From an uncultured Planctomycetales bacterium (GTDB taxonomy: Bacteria > Planctomycetota > Phycisphaerae > UBA1845 > PWPN01): a stretch of 64,000 nucleotides of DNA. This document shows, piece by piece, positions 55,018-64,000 of this stretch; position 1 is the first letter of the stretch, and the number at the start of each line of letters is the position of its first letter. Below the pieces are notes generated by a model. That model saw only the letters and a list, made by a program, of their open reading frames with translations. It was not told the DNA's origin and made no database searches. The position numbers were made by a program, and so were the translations under genes. The DNA is taken from assembly GCA_964384465.1 (NCBI GenBank), contig CAYLLT010000019.1, forward strand, positions 2,826 through 66,825. Reading direction: 5' to 3'.

Positions 55018-56883
55018 ATGCACTCGCTTATTTTGCGCACCGCCGCCGTCTCTGCCCTCTCGATCTCCTGGCTGCTCGTGGCCCCTGCCGCTGCCCTGCC
55101 GCTGGGCACGGCTTTCACCTACCAGGGCCGGCTCAAGAGCGGCGGCAGCCCGGCCAACGACAGCTACGACCTGCAGTTCACGCTCTACGATGTGGAAACG
55201 GTCGGCAGCATCGTCGCCGGGCCGGTCTGCGCCGACAACGTGAACGTCGCGGATGGCCTGTTCACCGTGCCGTTGGATTTCGGAGCGGCGGCCTTCAATG
55301 GCGACGCCCGCTGGCTGGACATCGGCGTGCGGGCGGACGCGACGGCGGGAAACTGCGGCGCCGGAGCCTATACGCCGCTGGTGCCGCGTCAGAAGTTGAC
55401 CGGCGTGCCCTATGCCCTCTTCTCCACCGCTCCCTGGGCCACCAGCGGGGCCAACATTTCGAACACCAACACCGGCAACGTCGGTATCGGCACCAGCGCG
55501 CCGATGTCACCTCTGCACGTGACCACGGCCGGAACACCGGCGGTGTTCGCCGAGACTACCGGTGGCGCGGGAACCAACTTCGGCGTGATCGGCAGCAGCG
55601 CCAGCACCAGCGGACGCGGCGTGCTGGGCACGGTGGGTGCGGCTTCGGGCGCGACCTACGGCGTGGTCGGCGAAAGTCAGAGCGCCATCGGCACCGGCGT
55701 GCGCGGCTGGGCCAAAGACACCACCGGACAGAATTATGGTGTGTACGGCCAGACCAGCAGTGTCAATGGCACCGGCGTCTACGGCCTCGCGCTGGCCAAC
55801 ACCGGCACGAATTATGGTGTGTACGGCCAGACAGCCAGCACGAATGGCCGCGGCGTGTACGGCTTCGCCACCGCCGCCAGCGGGACAACCTACGGCGTCC
55901 ACGGCCAAAACAACAGCACGGATGGCCGCGGCGTTTTCGGGGAAGCCACCGCCGCCAGCGGGACGAACTACGGCGTGTACGGCAGGAGCGACAGCCCCCA
56001 GGGATATGGCGTGTATGGCGAGAGCGCCGACAACGCCGGCGTGTACGGCATCGCCACGGCCACCAGCGGCACCAACTACGGCGGTTTCTTTTGGTCCGAC
56101 AGCACCTCCGGTCGCGGCGTCAACGGCACCGCCAACGCCGCCACCGGCTCCACTGTCGGCGGCATATTCCAGAGTTCAAGCACGTCCGGCATCGGCGTCA
56201 ACGGCATCGCCAGCGCCCTCAGCGGCACCACCTACGGCGGCCGGTTCCTCAGTGCCAGCACTTCCGGCACCGCCGTACTCGGGTATGCCACCGGCCTCAG
56301 CGGCGCCAACTACGGCGTGTACGGCCAAACCAACAGCCCGGACGGCTACTCCGGCTATTTCCTCAACGGACTGATCTACTTGGGCGGCGATGTCGGCATT
56401 GGCGTCAGCAACCCGTTATTCCGGCTTCACCTCAGTCAGAACTCCGCCGCCAAGCCCACCAGCAACACGTGGACCATCTCGTCGGACCGCCGCCTCAAGA
56501 AGAACATCACGCCCATCGACGGCGCGCTGGATCAACTTCTGCAATTGCACGGCGTGACCTATCAATGGATTCATCCTGAGGATCAAGGCGACATGGCCGG
56601 AACCTACACCGGCATGATCGCGCAGGATGTGGAGAAAGTATTTCCCGAATGGATCAGCGAAGACAAGGACGGCTACAAGCACTTGACCGTCATCGGCTTC
56701 GAGGGTCTGGCCGTCGAAGCCCTGCGGCAACTTCGGACGGAGAAGGATTCACAGATACGGTCGCAACAACGTGAGATCGAAGTCCAGCGTGCGGCAATCG
56801 ACTTGCTCCGCGAGCAGGTCCAGCGCCTCCAAGCGACCGTGCAGGCGTTGGCTGAGGATATCCACAACCAAGGAAATCGCTGA
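55018..56883 (+). CDS. Secreted tail-fibre-like repeat protein with a C-terminal peptidase-S74 intramolecular chaperone (autoprocessing) domain and coiled coil
   Basis: Signal peptide. N-terminal domain shared with the next gene. ~26-aa G-x-NYGVYGQ-x-S-x-x-G-x-GVYG repeats (about 55560-56340). SDRRLKKNITPIDGALDQLLQLHGVTYQW (from ~56479) is the S74 chaperone signature. Confidence 0.8.
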   Translation: MHSLILRTAAVSALSISWLLVAPAAALPLGTAFTYQGRLKSGGSPANDSYDLQFTLYDVETVGSIVAGPVCADNVNVADGLFTVPLDFGAAAFNGDARWLDIGVRADATAGNCGAGAYTPLVPRQKLTGVPYALFSTAPWATSGANISNTNTGNVGIGTSAPMSPLHVTTAGTPAVFAETTGGAGTNFGVIGSSASTSGRGVLGTVGAASGATYGVVGESQSAIGTGVRGWAKDTTGQNYGVYGQTSSVNGTGVYGLALANTGTNYGVYGQTASTNGRGVYGFATAASGTTYGVHGQNNSTDGRGVFGEATAASGTNYGVYGRSDSPQGYGVYGESADNAGVYGIATATSGTNYGGFFWSDSTSGRGVNGTANAATGSTVGGIFQSSSTSGIGVNGIASALSGTTYGGRFLSASTSGTAVLGYATGLSGANYGVYGQTNSPDGYSGYFLNGLIYLGGDVGIGVSNPLFRLHLSQNSAAKPTSNTWTISSDRRLKKNITPIDGALDQLLQLHGVTYQWIHPEDQGDMAGTYTGMIAQDVEKVFPEWISEDKDGYKHLTVIGFEGLAVEALRQLRTEKDSQIRSQQREIEVQRAAIDLLREQVQRLQATVQALAEDIHNQGNR

Positions 56884-56994
56884 TGAAAAGTCCCATCGTT
56901 GTCGCGAGCCTCGCCGTGGTGAGCGCGGCATAACTGACATTCGCGAGCCCGCCCTGATGTTGCCAGTGCTTGCTTTCAAGAAAGGATGGTACCC

Positions 56995-59082
56995 ATGAAC
57001 GCTCTCAGAACATTGCTGTGGATCGCAACGATTACAGTGCTGAACGGCGGCGCGCTGGCCCAGCCTACGCCGCTCAGCACCGCCGTCACTTACCAGGGCC
57101 AGCTCAAACAGAGCGGCAGCCCGGTCAGCAGCACGTGTGATCTGCAATTCAGTTTGTGGGACGATCCGACCAGCACCAATCCGGCCAACCAGATCGGCGG
57201 CACGCTGACCTTCAGCGGGGGCAACGCGGTCAGCATCAGCAACGGCCTGTTCACCGTCCAGCTCGATTTCGGCGCTGCGGCTTTCACCGGCGACGCCCGC
57301 TGGCTGCAAGTCGGCGTGGCCTGCCCGTCGGGCGGGCCTTTCACCACGCTCGGACCGCGCCAACAGGTTCTGGCCGCGCCGTATGCGCTGTTTGCCCGCA
57401 CCGCGCCGTGGAGCGGCCTGTTGGGCGTTCCCGCCGGCTTCGCCGACGGCATCGACGATGTGGGCGGACTGGTGCTGCCGTTCAGCGCCAGCGCTGCCAG
57501 CTCGACCGCGCTGTTTGCCATTACCCAGACCGGCGACGGGCCGGCCGCCCTTTTCAAGGTCCAACCGCAGCCCGAGCCGCCCATGCCCATGCCGGCCATC
57601 GAGGCGATCAGCGCAATCAGCGCGCCGGCGATCAAGGCCACGAACACGGGCGGCGGATCGGCCCTCGATGCGGTTCGGACCATCGTCGGCCCGCCGATAG
57701 CGCCGGTCATCCGCGCCACCAACAACGGCAGCGGTTCGGCGCTTGAAGCCGTATCTCAGGGTGTCCCAGACCCGGTCGATGCCCCCACTATTCAAGCCAC
57801 CAATCTGGGCGACGGCCCGGCCCTCGATGCGGTCCGGGGCCACGTCGGTCCGCCGGAAGCGCCGGTCATCCGCGCGACCAACGACGGAGGCGGCCAGGGC
57901 ATTCAGGCGACGAATAACGGCAGTGCCGCGACGATCGAGGCCACCAACAACGGCGACGGCCCGGCGGCGGTGTTCATCATCGATCCGGAGCTTACCCCGG
58001 CGCCGGCGATCCGGGCTACGAATACGCACCTGGGCTCCGCGGCGCTTTTCGAGAAGATCGGGGGCATCGACCCGGGTTTCTGTCCGACCATCGACGCGAC
58101 CAACAAGGTGGGCGGTTCGGCGATTGAAGCCGTATCCCAGGGTGTCCCAGACCCGATCGAAGCCCCCACGATTCAAGCCACCAATCTTGGTGCTGGGCCG
58201 GCCATCGACGCGGTTCGGACTATCGTCGGCCCGCCGGATGCGCCGGTCATCCGCGCCACCAACAACGGCAGCGGTTCGGCGATTGAAGCCGTATCTCAGG
58301 CTATCCCAGACCCGATCAGTGCCCCCACGATTCAAGCCACCAATCTTGGCGGCGGGCCGGCCCTCGATGCGGTTCGGATCAACGTCGGCCCGCCGTCAGC
58401 GCCGGTCATCCGCGCCACCAACACCGGCCTGGGCATGGCCGTCGAGGCGGCCAGCGCGGACAGCGCCGCGACGATGCGGGCCACGAACACCGGCAGCGGA
58501 CCGGCCCTCGAGGCGGTTCGGAACAACGTCGGCCCGCCGTCAGCGCCGGTCATCCGCGCCACCAACAACGGCCTGGGCATGGCCGTCGAGGCGGCCAGCG
58601 CGGACAGCGCCGCGACCATGCGGGCGACGAACACGGGCGGCGGACCGGGCGTGTACGCCTCGGCCACCAGCGGCAACGCCATCCACGGCATCAGCACCGC
58701 CGGCTCGGCGGGCTATTTCGAGGGCAACGTGCACCTCACCGGCAACCTGACCAAGGCCTATACCACCGGCACCTCCAGCCGGGCCGCGCCGATCGCCTAC
58801 GCGAGCATCGATGGCCCGACCGGCATGGTGACCGCGGGCACACCCAACGTGAGCAGTGTGTGGGACAGCGCGAACCTGCGCTATGTGATCACCATCGCCG
58901 GGGAAGCCTACTCCTCCACCGGCTACATCACCACGGTCACGCCGATCGCCGGCGCCGCGCCGGAAGCCCTGTTCGCGGTCACCAGCAGCGGGTCTGGACA
59001 GCTCCGCGTTCGTATCATGAGCCCGCCGTCGGGAACCACCGGTTTGCAGAGGCCATTCCAATTCATCACCTACAAGCCGTAA
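56995..59082 (+). CDS. Secreted repeat protein, paralogous in its N-terminal domain to 55018..56883; no chaperone domain
   Basis: Signal peptide (start ATG 56995 or 56986). N-terminal TAVTYQGQLKQSGSPVSSTCDLQFSLWDD...GLFTVQLDFGAAAFTGDARWLQVGV parallels TAFTYQGRLKSGGSPANDSYDLQFTLYD...GLFTVPLDFGAAAFNGDARWLDIGV. Has 48- to 53-aa repeats (PVIRATNNGSGSA.EAVSQ...). Confidence 0.75.
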   Translation: MNALRTLLWIATITVLNGGALAQPTPLSTAVTYQGQLKQSGSPVSSTCDLQFSLWDDPTSTNPANQIGGTLTFSGGNAVSISNGLFTVQLDFGAAAFTGDARWLQVGVACPSGGPFTTLGPRQQVLAAPYALFARTAPWSGLLGVPAGFADGIDDVGGLVLPFSASAASSTALFAITQTGDGPAALFKVQPQPEPPMPMPAIEAISAISAPAIKATNTGGGSALDAVRTIVGPPIAPVIRATNNGSGSALEAVSQGVPDPVDAPTIQATNLGDGPALDAVRGHVGPPEAPVIRATNDGGGQGIQATNNGSAATIEATNNGDGPAAVFIIDPELTPAPAIRATNTHLGSAALFEKIGGIDPGFCPTIDATNKVGGSAIEAVSQGVPDPIEAPTIQATNLGAGPAIDAVRTIVGPPDAPVIRATNNGSGSAIEAVSQAIPDPISAPTIQATNLGGGPALDAVRINVGPPSAPVIRATNTGLGMAVEAASADSAATMRATNTGSGPALEAVRNNVGPPSAPVIRATNNGLGMAVEAASADSAATMRATNTGGGPGVYASATSGNAIHGISTAGSAGYFEGNVHLTGNLTKAYTTGTSSRAAPIAYASIDGPTGMVTAGTPNVSSVWDSANLRYVITIAGEAYSSTGYITTVTPIAGAAPEALFAVTSSGSGQLRVRIMSPPSGTTGLQRPFQFITYKP

Positions 59083-59267
59083 GGCAGGATAAGGAGACTT
59101 ACCGTGAAGCGGACCTTTCAACGCTGTGGCTATTGTTGGATAATACCTCTATTTTACCACCACCTACCGGCCCAGACCGGTCGGGTGGCCCATTCTTTGC
59201 GCCAGCAAAGGGTGGGGTCGCGATGATGGGAGATGGCGTCACCAGGTAACTTCGATACGATGGTTGT

Positions 59268-59505
59268 GTGCCCACTCGCGAACAGAACGAGCGCAAATTC
59301 GACCCATGGCGCGATCCGCCCGGCGGCGGACGGTGCTACCGGCTGGATGTTCAAGGGCACCACGGCTGGCGGGCCCGCTATTCAAAGGAAGTTGACGAGC
59401 GCTCGCGTAACGGTTCGTTTCCGGCAGGAAATCCACGACGAAACCGGCCGGCTCGTCGAGGTCCATCGGAAGTTTCCAATTGATGAGGGTCATCGAAAGG
59501 TGTAG
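59268..59505 (+). pseudogene. Frameshifted small gene (coding signal switches frame near 59395-59410)
   Basis: The frame opening at GTG 59268 reads plausibly to ...GWRARYSKEVDE and then turns Arg/Pro-rich. A second frame reads VTVRFRQEIHDETGRLVEVHRKFPIDEGHRKV* to 59505. Confidence 0.45.
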
Positions 59506-59514
59506 GATGGGCAC

Positions 59515-59771
59515 ATGCAAGTCACCCGGCAAATGGTGGCCGATCAGATCGTCAGCTACCTTCACGGCCGCGGGTCGCTCCCGCAACTGGTGGATTGGGC
59601 GGAGCGAGAGATCATGACGGCGAGTTCGAGTCGCCCGCCGTTCGCGATGCGGTCGCACGGCTGGGCGTGGCGGATGTGCGGGCCTTTGGTCTGACCTGGG
59701 AAGATTGCCAGCGCTTGCTGCGCGATCTGGGTTTCGAGGCCCACGTGGAGATTGCACTGGTGAAAAGCTGA
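59515..59771 (+). pseudogene. Frameshifted small gene (1-nt shift near 59614-59620)
   Basis: ATG 59515 gives MQVTRQMVADQIVSYLHGRGSLPQLVDWAEREIM, then junk to a stop at 59692. The +1 frame continues DGEFESPAVRDAVARLGVADVRAFGLTWEDCQRLLRDLGFEAHVEIALVKS* ending at 59771. Confidence 0.5.
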
Positions 59772-59908
59772 CGCCCGCCGCCGGGTGGCACGCATCCCGA
59801 TGTACATCGGGATTTTTGTGCGTGCGATCAGGGCGGAATGTACCGACAAAAAAGAACTTGTCGGTGCCACCCAAGGCGTCATTCGCAAACTGACTTGGGA
59901 GGTACACA

Positions 59909-60913
59909 ATGAGACGCGCGAAACGAATCACGGTTATCACGTTCGCTATCCTCTATGCCGCGACGGCGGCTTTCGCCTTAATCGGCGGGGGATATGATCT
60001 GACGTGGAATACGTTCGATGGCGGCGGCGGGACCAGCACCGGCGGTGGATATGAAGTCTCCGGCACGATCGGCCAGCCGGATGCGAGTGCGGCCGATGCG
60101 ATGATCGGCGGAAGCTACTCGCTCACCGGCGGGTTCTGGGGCGGGATATCATCGGCCTGCGCGCGGACGGTCGCTGGCAGACAGGTATTTTACAACAATT
60201 CCTTCTACGACTCGGCGGCAGCGGCGTGCAACACACTCGTGGGCCAGACTTGCAGCGACAATACGGCGATCGCCACCGACAAGACGGCGCTCAACCCCGG
60301 CGCGACCGCGGGCACCAGCAACTACATCAGTTTCAGCAGGGGCATCAACGGCTTGATGATCGACGTGTCGGCGGGCGCGGGTTGCAGCGCGCTGCCGGCC
60401 GGGCCGCTGGCCGCGTCGAATTTTGATTTCAAAATCGCCAACAGCGCCAACCTGGGCAGCTATGTCGCCGCGGCGGCGCCCACCAGCATCGACGTCACGC
60501 CCGGCGGCGGCACCGGCGGGGCGGACCGCATCAAAATCATCTGGGCGAACAACGCCATTCCCAATACCCGCTGGCTGCGGACGGTGGTGAAATCGAACGC
60601 CAATGGCGGTGCGTTGGACCTCGCGTCCGACAACGTGTTCTATTACGGTCTGGCCATCGGCGACAGTCTGACACCGGGCGTCACGCGCGTGGTGGTCAGC
60701 TCGACGGATGAGATCGACGCGCGCAATCATCCGCACAACAGTCTGAGCCGCGTGCCGGTGGCCACAAACTCCACGTACGCGGTGGCCAATGCGCCGGACG
60801 CCAAATACGACTATGACAAGAGCAGCACGGTCAGCTCGACCGACGAGATCATCTCCCGCAACAACCCGGCGAACTCGGTGAGCGGTTTGCTACTGCTGAA
60901 CCCAGCGCCGTGA
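59909..60913 (+). CDS. Secreted hypothetical protein with an N-terminal GG.Y.L(T/S)-type triple motif
   Basis: Signal/TM ITVITFAILYAATAAFA. GGGYDLTWNTFDGGGG..GGGYEVSGTIGQPDA...GGSYSLTGGFWGG. Two C-terminal SSTDEI..RN.P.NS repeats. Confidence 0.55.
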   Translation: MRRAKRITVITFAILYAATAAFALIGGGYDLTWNTFDGGGGTSTGGGYEVSGTIGQPDASAADAMIGGSYSLTGGFWGGISSACARTVAGRQVFYNNSFYDSAAAACNTLVGQTCSDNTAIATDKTALNPGATAGTSNYISFSRGINGLMIDVSAGAGCSALPAGPLAASNFDFKIANSANLGSYVAAAAPTSIDVTPGGGTGGADRIKIIWANNAIPNTRWLRTVVKSNANGGALDLASDNVFYYGLAIGDSLTPGVTRVVVSSTDEIDARNHPHNSLSRVPVATNSTYAVANAPDAKYDYDKSSTVSSTDEIISRNNPANSVSGLLLLNPAP

Positions 60914-60966
60914 CGGTTGGCCCGGATTATCCGCCACAGAGACCTGACGCGGCGAACTCGGTACAA

Positions 60967-61037
60967 GAGGGAGAGACGGAGAGATGGAGAGAAAGTCGGA
61001 TCAGCGTGATCTCTCCCTCTCTCTGTCTCTCCATCTG
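60967..61037. repeat. Purine-rich / pyrimidine-rich simple-sequence repeat pair (same type as 29027-29190)
   Basis: gagggagagacggagagatggagagaaag (60967-60995) and ctctccctctctctgtctctccatctg (61011-61037). Confidence 0.8.
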
Positions 61038-61304
61038 CTTTACTCCGTGATCTCCATGTCTGCCTGTCTACGGTGTTAAAATCTCGAATCCGCTCTTGGG
61101 ACCAGCCCCAGCCTTGGGCCGCGTGATCGCATACCGACGGGGAATCCATGGTCGAGATACCGTTCAGCGGTTGTATCCTGACCGGCGACAAATTACAATT
61201 CGGCGTGGGTTGGTGAAGAAGTGAACCGGCCCACGCATCAAAATCAGTAGTCATCGAGGGCAGCGTGCCCTCCGAAGTCGTCACATCACATGAAGGAGAT
61301 GCTC

Positions 61305-61655
61305 ATGAGGACAATGATGTTCGCCCGGTACGCGGCCGCGATGTCGTTGGGGCTGATACCCCTGGTGGCGGGGTGCGAGTCGACGGAAAAAACGGAAAAG
61401 CACGAGATGGCGTCATCGTCCGGGAGCGCGATGGGGTGCCAGGCGTGCTACGACGATTCCGTCGTCATCACGCAGGCGTCCGCCAAAGGCTCCCAGTGGG
61501 ACAAACACCAGATCATCAAGAAGCATCATTGCGACGATTGCAAGTCGGAGGTGACGATCTACACCGAGGATGGCAAGCCGATGATCAAGTGCGCCCACTG
61601 TGCACCCAAAGGCGTGGCCTGCGATAAATGCCGGCCGCCCAAGTCGCGTTCGTGA
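61305..61655 (+). CDS. Cys-rich lipoprotein with four CxxC motifs, hypothetical
   Basis: AAGGAG at 61293-61298 favours ATG 61305. Lipobox LVAGC. CQAC, CDDC, CAHC, CDKC. Confidence 0.55.
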   Translation: MRTMMFARYAAAMSLGLIPLVAGCESTEKTEKHEMASSSGSAMGCQACYDDSVVITQASAKGSQWDKHQIIKKHHCDDCKSEVTIYTEDGKPMIKCAHCAPKGVACDKCRPPKSRS

Positions 61656-61758
61656 AAATCGTCGACTCAGCGGGAACTTGTGGAACCGCCGATTCACGCC
61701 AATAAACGCAGATAAACCTGGCATCAGCATCTGCGTGCATCGGCGTTAATCGGCGGTT

Positions 61759-63399
61759 TCAATACCGAAACCGGGCGGCGATGGGCATGCGGCGGCCGGC
61801 GCCGAATGCTCGGCTGGTCACTTTCAGACCGGGGGGCATCTGCTTGCGCTTGTATTCGTTCGTATCCACCATGCGGACGACGCGGCGAACGATCTCGGGA
61901 TCGAAGCCGGCGGCGATGATTTCCTCCGTGCTCTTTTCTTCATTGATGTAGAGTTGCAGGATAGGATCGAGGACATCGTATGGCGGCAGGGTGTCCTGGT
62001 CGGTCTGGTCCGGGCGGAGTTCCGCCGACGGGGGCTTGGTGAGCGTGCCGGGGGGGATGATCTCGCGACCCGCGCGCTCGTTGATGTAACGCGCGAGCGG
62101 GTAGATGAGCGTCTTGGGCACGTCGCTGATGACGGCCAGCCCGCCGCACATGTCGCCGTAGAGGGTGGAGTATCCAACCGCTAATTCACTCTTGTTGCCG
62201 GTGGTGAGCACCAGCCAGCCGAACTTGTTGGAGAGGGCCATGAGCGTGCTGCCGCGGATGCGGGCCTGGAGGTTCTCCTCGGTCACGTCGGGCGGGCGGC
62301 CGGCGAAGTGCGGCTGGAGATGGGCCTCGAATGCCTCGTGAATCCGCGTGATGGGGACAAGCTTGAAGTCGATGCCGAGGTTGCGGGCGACGGCTTCGGC
62401 GTCGGTGCGGCTGTGCTCGCTGCTGTAGCGCGAGGGCATGGCCACGCCGGTGACCGCCTGCGGGCCGATGGCGGCGGCGGCGATGGCGGCGGTAACGGCC
62501 GAGTCGATCCCGCCGGACAGGCCCAGCACGACGTGCTTGAAGCCGCATTTGACGACGTAGTCGCGCGTGCCCAGCACGAGCGCTTCGTAAACCTGCGCGA
62601 CGCCCTGTGGGTAAGGCTCGATTGCACCCGAACGCGAAGAGCCAAGGTCAACGATCAGCATATCTTCCTCGAACGCTTTCGCCTGTGCGATGAGATTGCC
62701 CTGCGCGTCGAACGCGACCGACGCGCCGTCGAAGACCAGCTCGTCGTTGCCGCCGACCTGATTGATGACCAGCAGCGGGAGCTGGTGGCGGCGGGCCTGG
62801 TTGCTGAAAAGCTGAACGCGGAAAGCGTGCTTGTCGGCGGTGAAGGGCGAGGCGCTGATGTTGAGCATGACGCGGGCACCGGCGGCGGCGAGCTGGCCGA
62901 TGGGGTCGCGGCGGTAAAGCTGGCGGCCGAACTGCTCGTCGTTCCAGAGGTCTTCGCAGATGCTCAGGCCGATGGGCACCTGCTCATGTTCGATGATGGC
63001 GATTTCGGGGCCGGGCTCGAAATAGCGCGACTCGTCGAACACGTCGTAGGTGGGCAGGAGCGATTTGTGCCGGACCTGCCGCACTTTGCCGTCGGCGCAG
63101 TAGGCGGCGGCATTGCGGAGGTGCCGGCCGACCGGCTCGATGTTCGGCTCGACGAAGCCGACGATGGCGGCGATGTCACGGCAATGCTCGGCGATGCGAT
63201 GAACCGCGTCGGCGCCGGCCTGCACGAAGCGCGGCTTGAGCACCAGGTCGCGCGGCGGATAGCCGATCACCGACAGTTCGGGAAAGGCGACCAGCGTGGC
63301 CCCCTGGTCGCGGGCGACGGCGATGCGGGCGATGATCTTCTCGGTGTTGCCGACAATGTCGCCGACGAGCGGGTTGATTTGAGCCAGGGCAATTCGCAT
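61759..63399 (-). CDS. nadE: Glutamine-dependent NAD+ synthetase
   Basis: N-terminal CN-hydrolase domain (MRIALAQINP..., FPELSVIGYPP, LSICEDLW) plus the PP-loop GLSGGIDSAV. Start ATG 63399 (ORF opens at 63420). Confidence 0.92.
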   Translation of the reverse strand: MRIALAQINPLVGDIVGNTEKIIARIAVARDQGATLVAFPELSVIGYPPRDLVLKPRFVQAGADAVHRIAEHCRDIAAIVGFVEPNIEPVGRHLRNAAAYCADGKVRQVRHKSLLPTYDVFDESRYFEPGPEIAIIEHEQVPIGLSICEDLWNDEQFGRQLYRRDPIGQLAAAGARVMLNISASPFTADKHAFRVQLFSNQARRHQLPLLVINQVGGNDELVFDGASVAFDAQGNLIAQAKAFEEDMLIVDLGSSRSGAIEPYPQGVAQVYEALVLGTRDYVVKCGFKHVVLGLSGGIDSAVTAAIAAAAIGPQAVTGVAMPSRYSSEHSRTDAEAVARNLGIDFKLVPITRIHEAFEAHLQPHFAGRPPDVTEENLQARIRGSTLMALSNKFGWLVLTTGNKSELAVGYSTLYGDMCGGLAVISDVPKTLIYPLARYINERAGREIIPPGTLTKPPSAELRPDQTDQDTLPPYDVLDPILQLYINEEKSTEEIIAAGFDPEIVRRVVRMVDTNEYKRKQMPPGLKVTSRAFGAGRRMPIAARFRY

Positions 63400-63416
63400 A
63401 TCTTGTGATGTGCGTG

Positions 63417-64000
63417 TCAAGATTGAGCATCCCAGCGCAATCCGGTCGAAAGGATATTACCCATGATCTTGATCTTGACCCGTCCCACTACGTACATCGT
63501 AGTCACCCATTTAGCGCCAAGCGATGAGAGTTTGCGTTCGGCGGCGGCACCGGTATCCGTCGAGACGGCGCGAACGGCATCGCGGACGATCGTGACGCGC
63601 TGGCCTCGTTCGAGCAGGCCCTGTGCCGCCAACTGGACACAATAATCGGTGGCCACGCCGAAAACGACGAACTCCGCGCCGGCCAGTGCATGCGTGATCT
63701 CTTCAAAGTGCGGGTTGTCGAACGCGCTCAGCGTCGGCTTTGGAAAGATGAGTTGATGGTACTGCTTCAGTAGCGACAGGGGTGAACCCGGCAACGGCGC
63801 ATCCGGTTCGAACGTCAACGAGCGGACCATCAATGTCACGGGCAGCTTCCGCTGGCCCGGCGTGCCCCGGACGCAGTGCGGCGGCCAGTCGCGGAATTCC
63901 GGATCGTCCAGCGCATGATCGTCAACCGAGCTGAGCACCGGGACCTTCGAGCGGGCCGCGAACGTGAACAGCCGCTCGAGATTCCCGACGATCTCCTCCG
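63417..64000 (-). CDS. Isochorismatase-family hydrolase, nicotinamidase-like (5' end outside window)
   Basis: DDHA..DPEF..WPPHCVRGTPG and VFGVATDYCV (catalytic Cys context). The reading frame stays open to the window edge. The stop adjoins nadE. Confidence 0.7.
   Translation of the reverse strand, partial: EEIVGNLERLFTFAARSKVPVLSSVDDHALDDPEFRDWPPHCVRGTPGQRKLPVTLMVRSLTFEPDAPLPGSPLSLLKQYHQLIFPKPTLSAFDNPHFEEITHALAGAEFVVFGVATDYCVQLAAQGLLERGQRVTIVRDAVRAVSTDTGAAAERKLSSLGAKWVTTMYVVGRVKIKIMGNILSTGLRWDAQS

Noticed and set aside
55560-56340. Regular ~78-bp periodic DNA repeats, checked as a possible CRISPR array.
   Set aside because: They lie in frame inside a clearly coding gene (26-aa Gly/Tyr repeats). 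There are no unique spacers and no cas genes.
59103-59219. 38-codon ORF (GTG 59103, MKRTFQRCGYCWIIPLFYHH...) after an AAGGAG-like site downstream of the second fibre gene.
   Set aside because: It is too short and compositionally atypical, and shows nothing I can test for conservation here. Left uncalled.

Overview
High-GC bacterial chromosomal window (GC3-rich codons; GC not computed). The gene content looks Planctomycetota-like (Phycisphaerae/Planctomycetia type). Supporting signs are a DUF1559 prepilin-like protein, several FGE/SUMF1-family proteins, a Tat-signal Gfo/Idh/MocA oxidoreductase, dockerin-like C-terminal modules, and hairpin repeats whose spurious translations read LPYGRGSD / ARASRPC / IRNPQSAIRN.

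I can support about 55 protein-coding genes. Most are housekeeping: murD, obg-coaX-mnmE-like, rpmA, hpt, hom, thyX, rho, nadE, crcB, an rluA-family gene, and sugar-ABC permeases and binding proteins. I found no rRNA, tRNA or CRISPR array.

The accessory content sits in small islets:
- a vapBC pair;
- a DUF4160/DUF2442/46-aa small-gene triplet;
- two tandem paralogous small ORFs next to a non-canonical GspG-like protein;
- a pair of secreted tail-fibre-like repeat proteins, one with a peptidase-S74 intramolecular chaperone domain, sitting behind a 1-kb AT-rich non-coding island;
- two frameshifted small genes.

The most striking observation is a solitary ~1,220-aa single-chain restriction-modification-type enzyme. 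Its 3.7-kb gene is bracketed by a perfect 21-bp direct repeat that duplicates the last codons of the neighbouring oxidoreductase gene, which reads as an RM gene insertion with a long target duplication.

The intergenic space is populated by several families of long hairpin (REP-like) repeats and by inverted repeats built from simple sequence.

All product calls come from motif recognition by eye; no database search was run.
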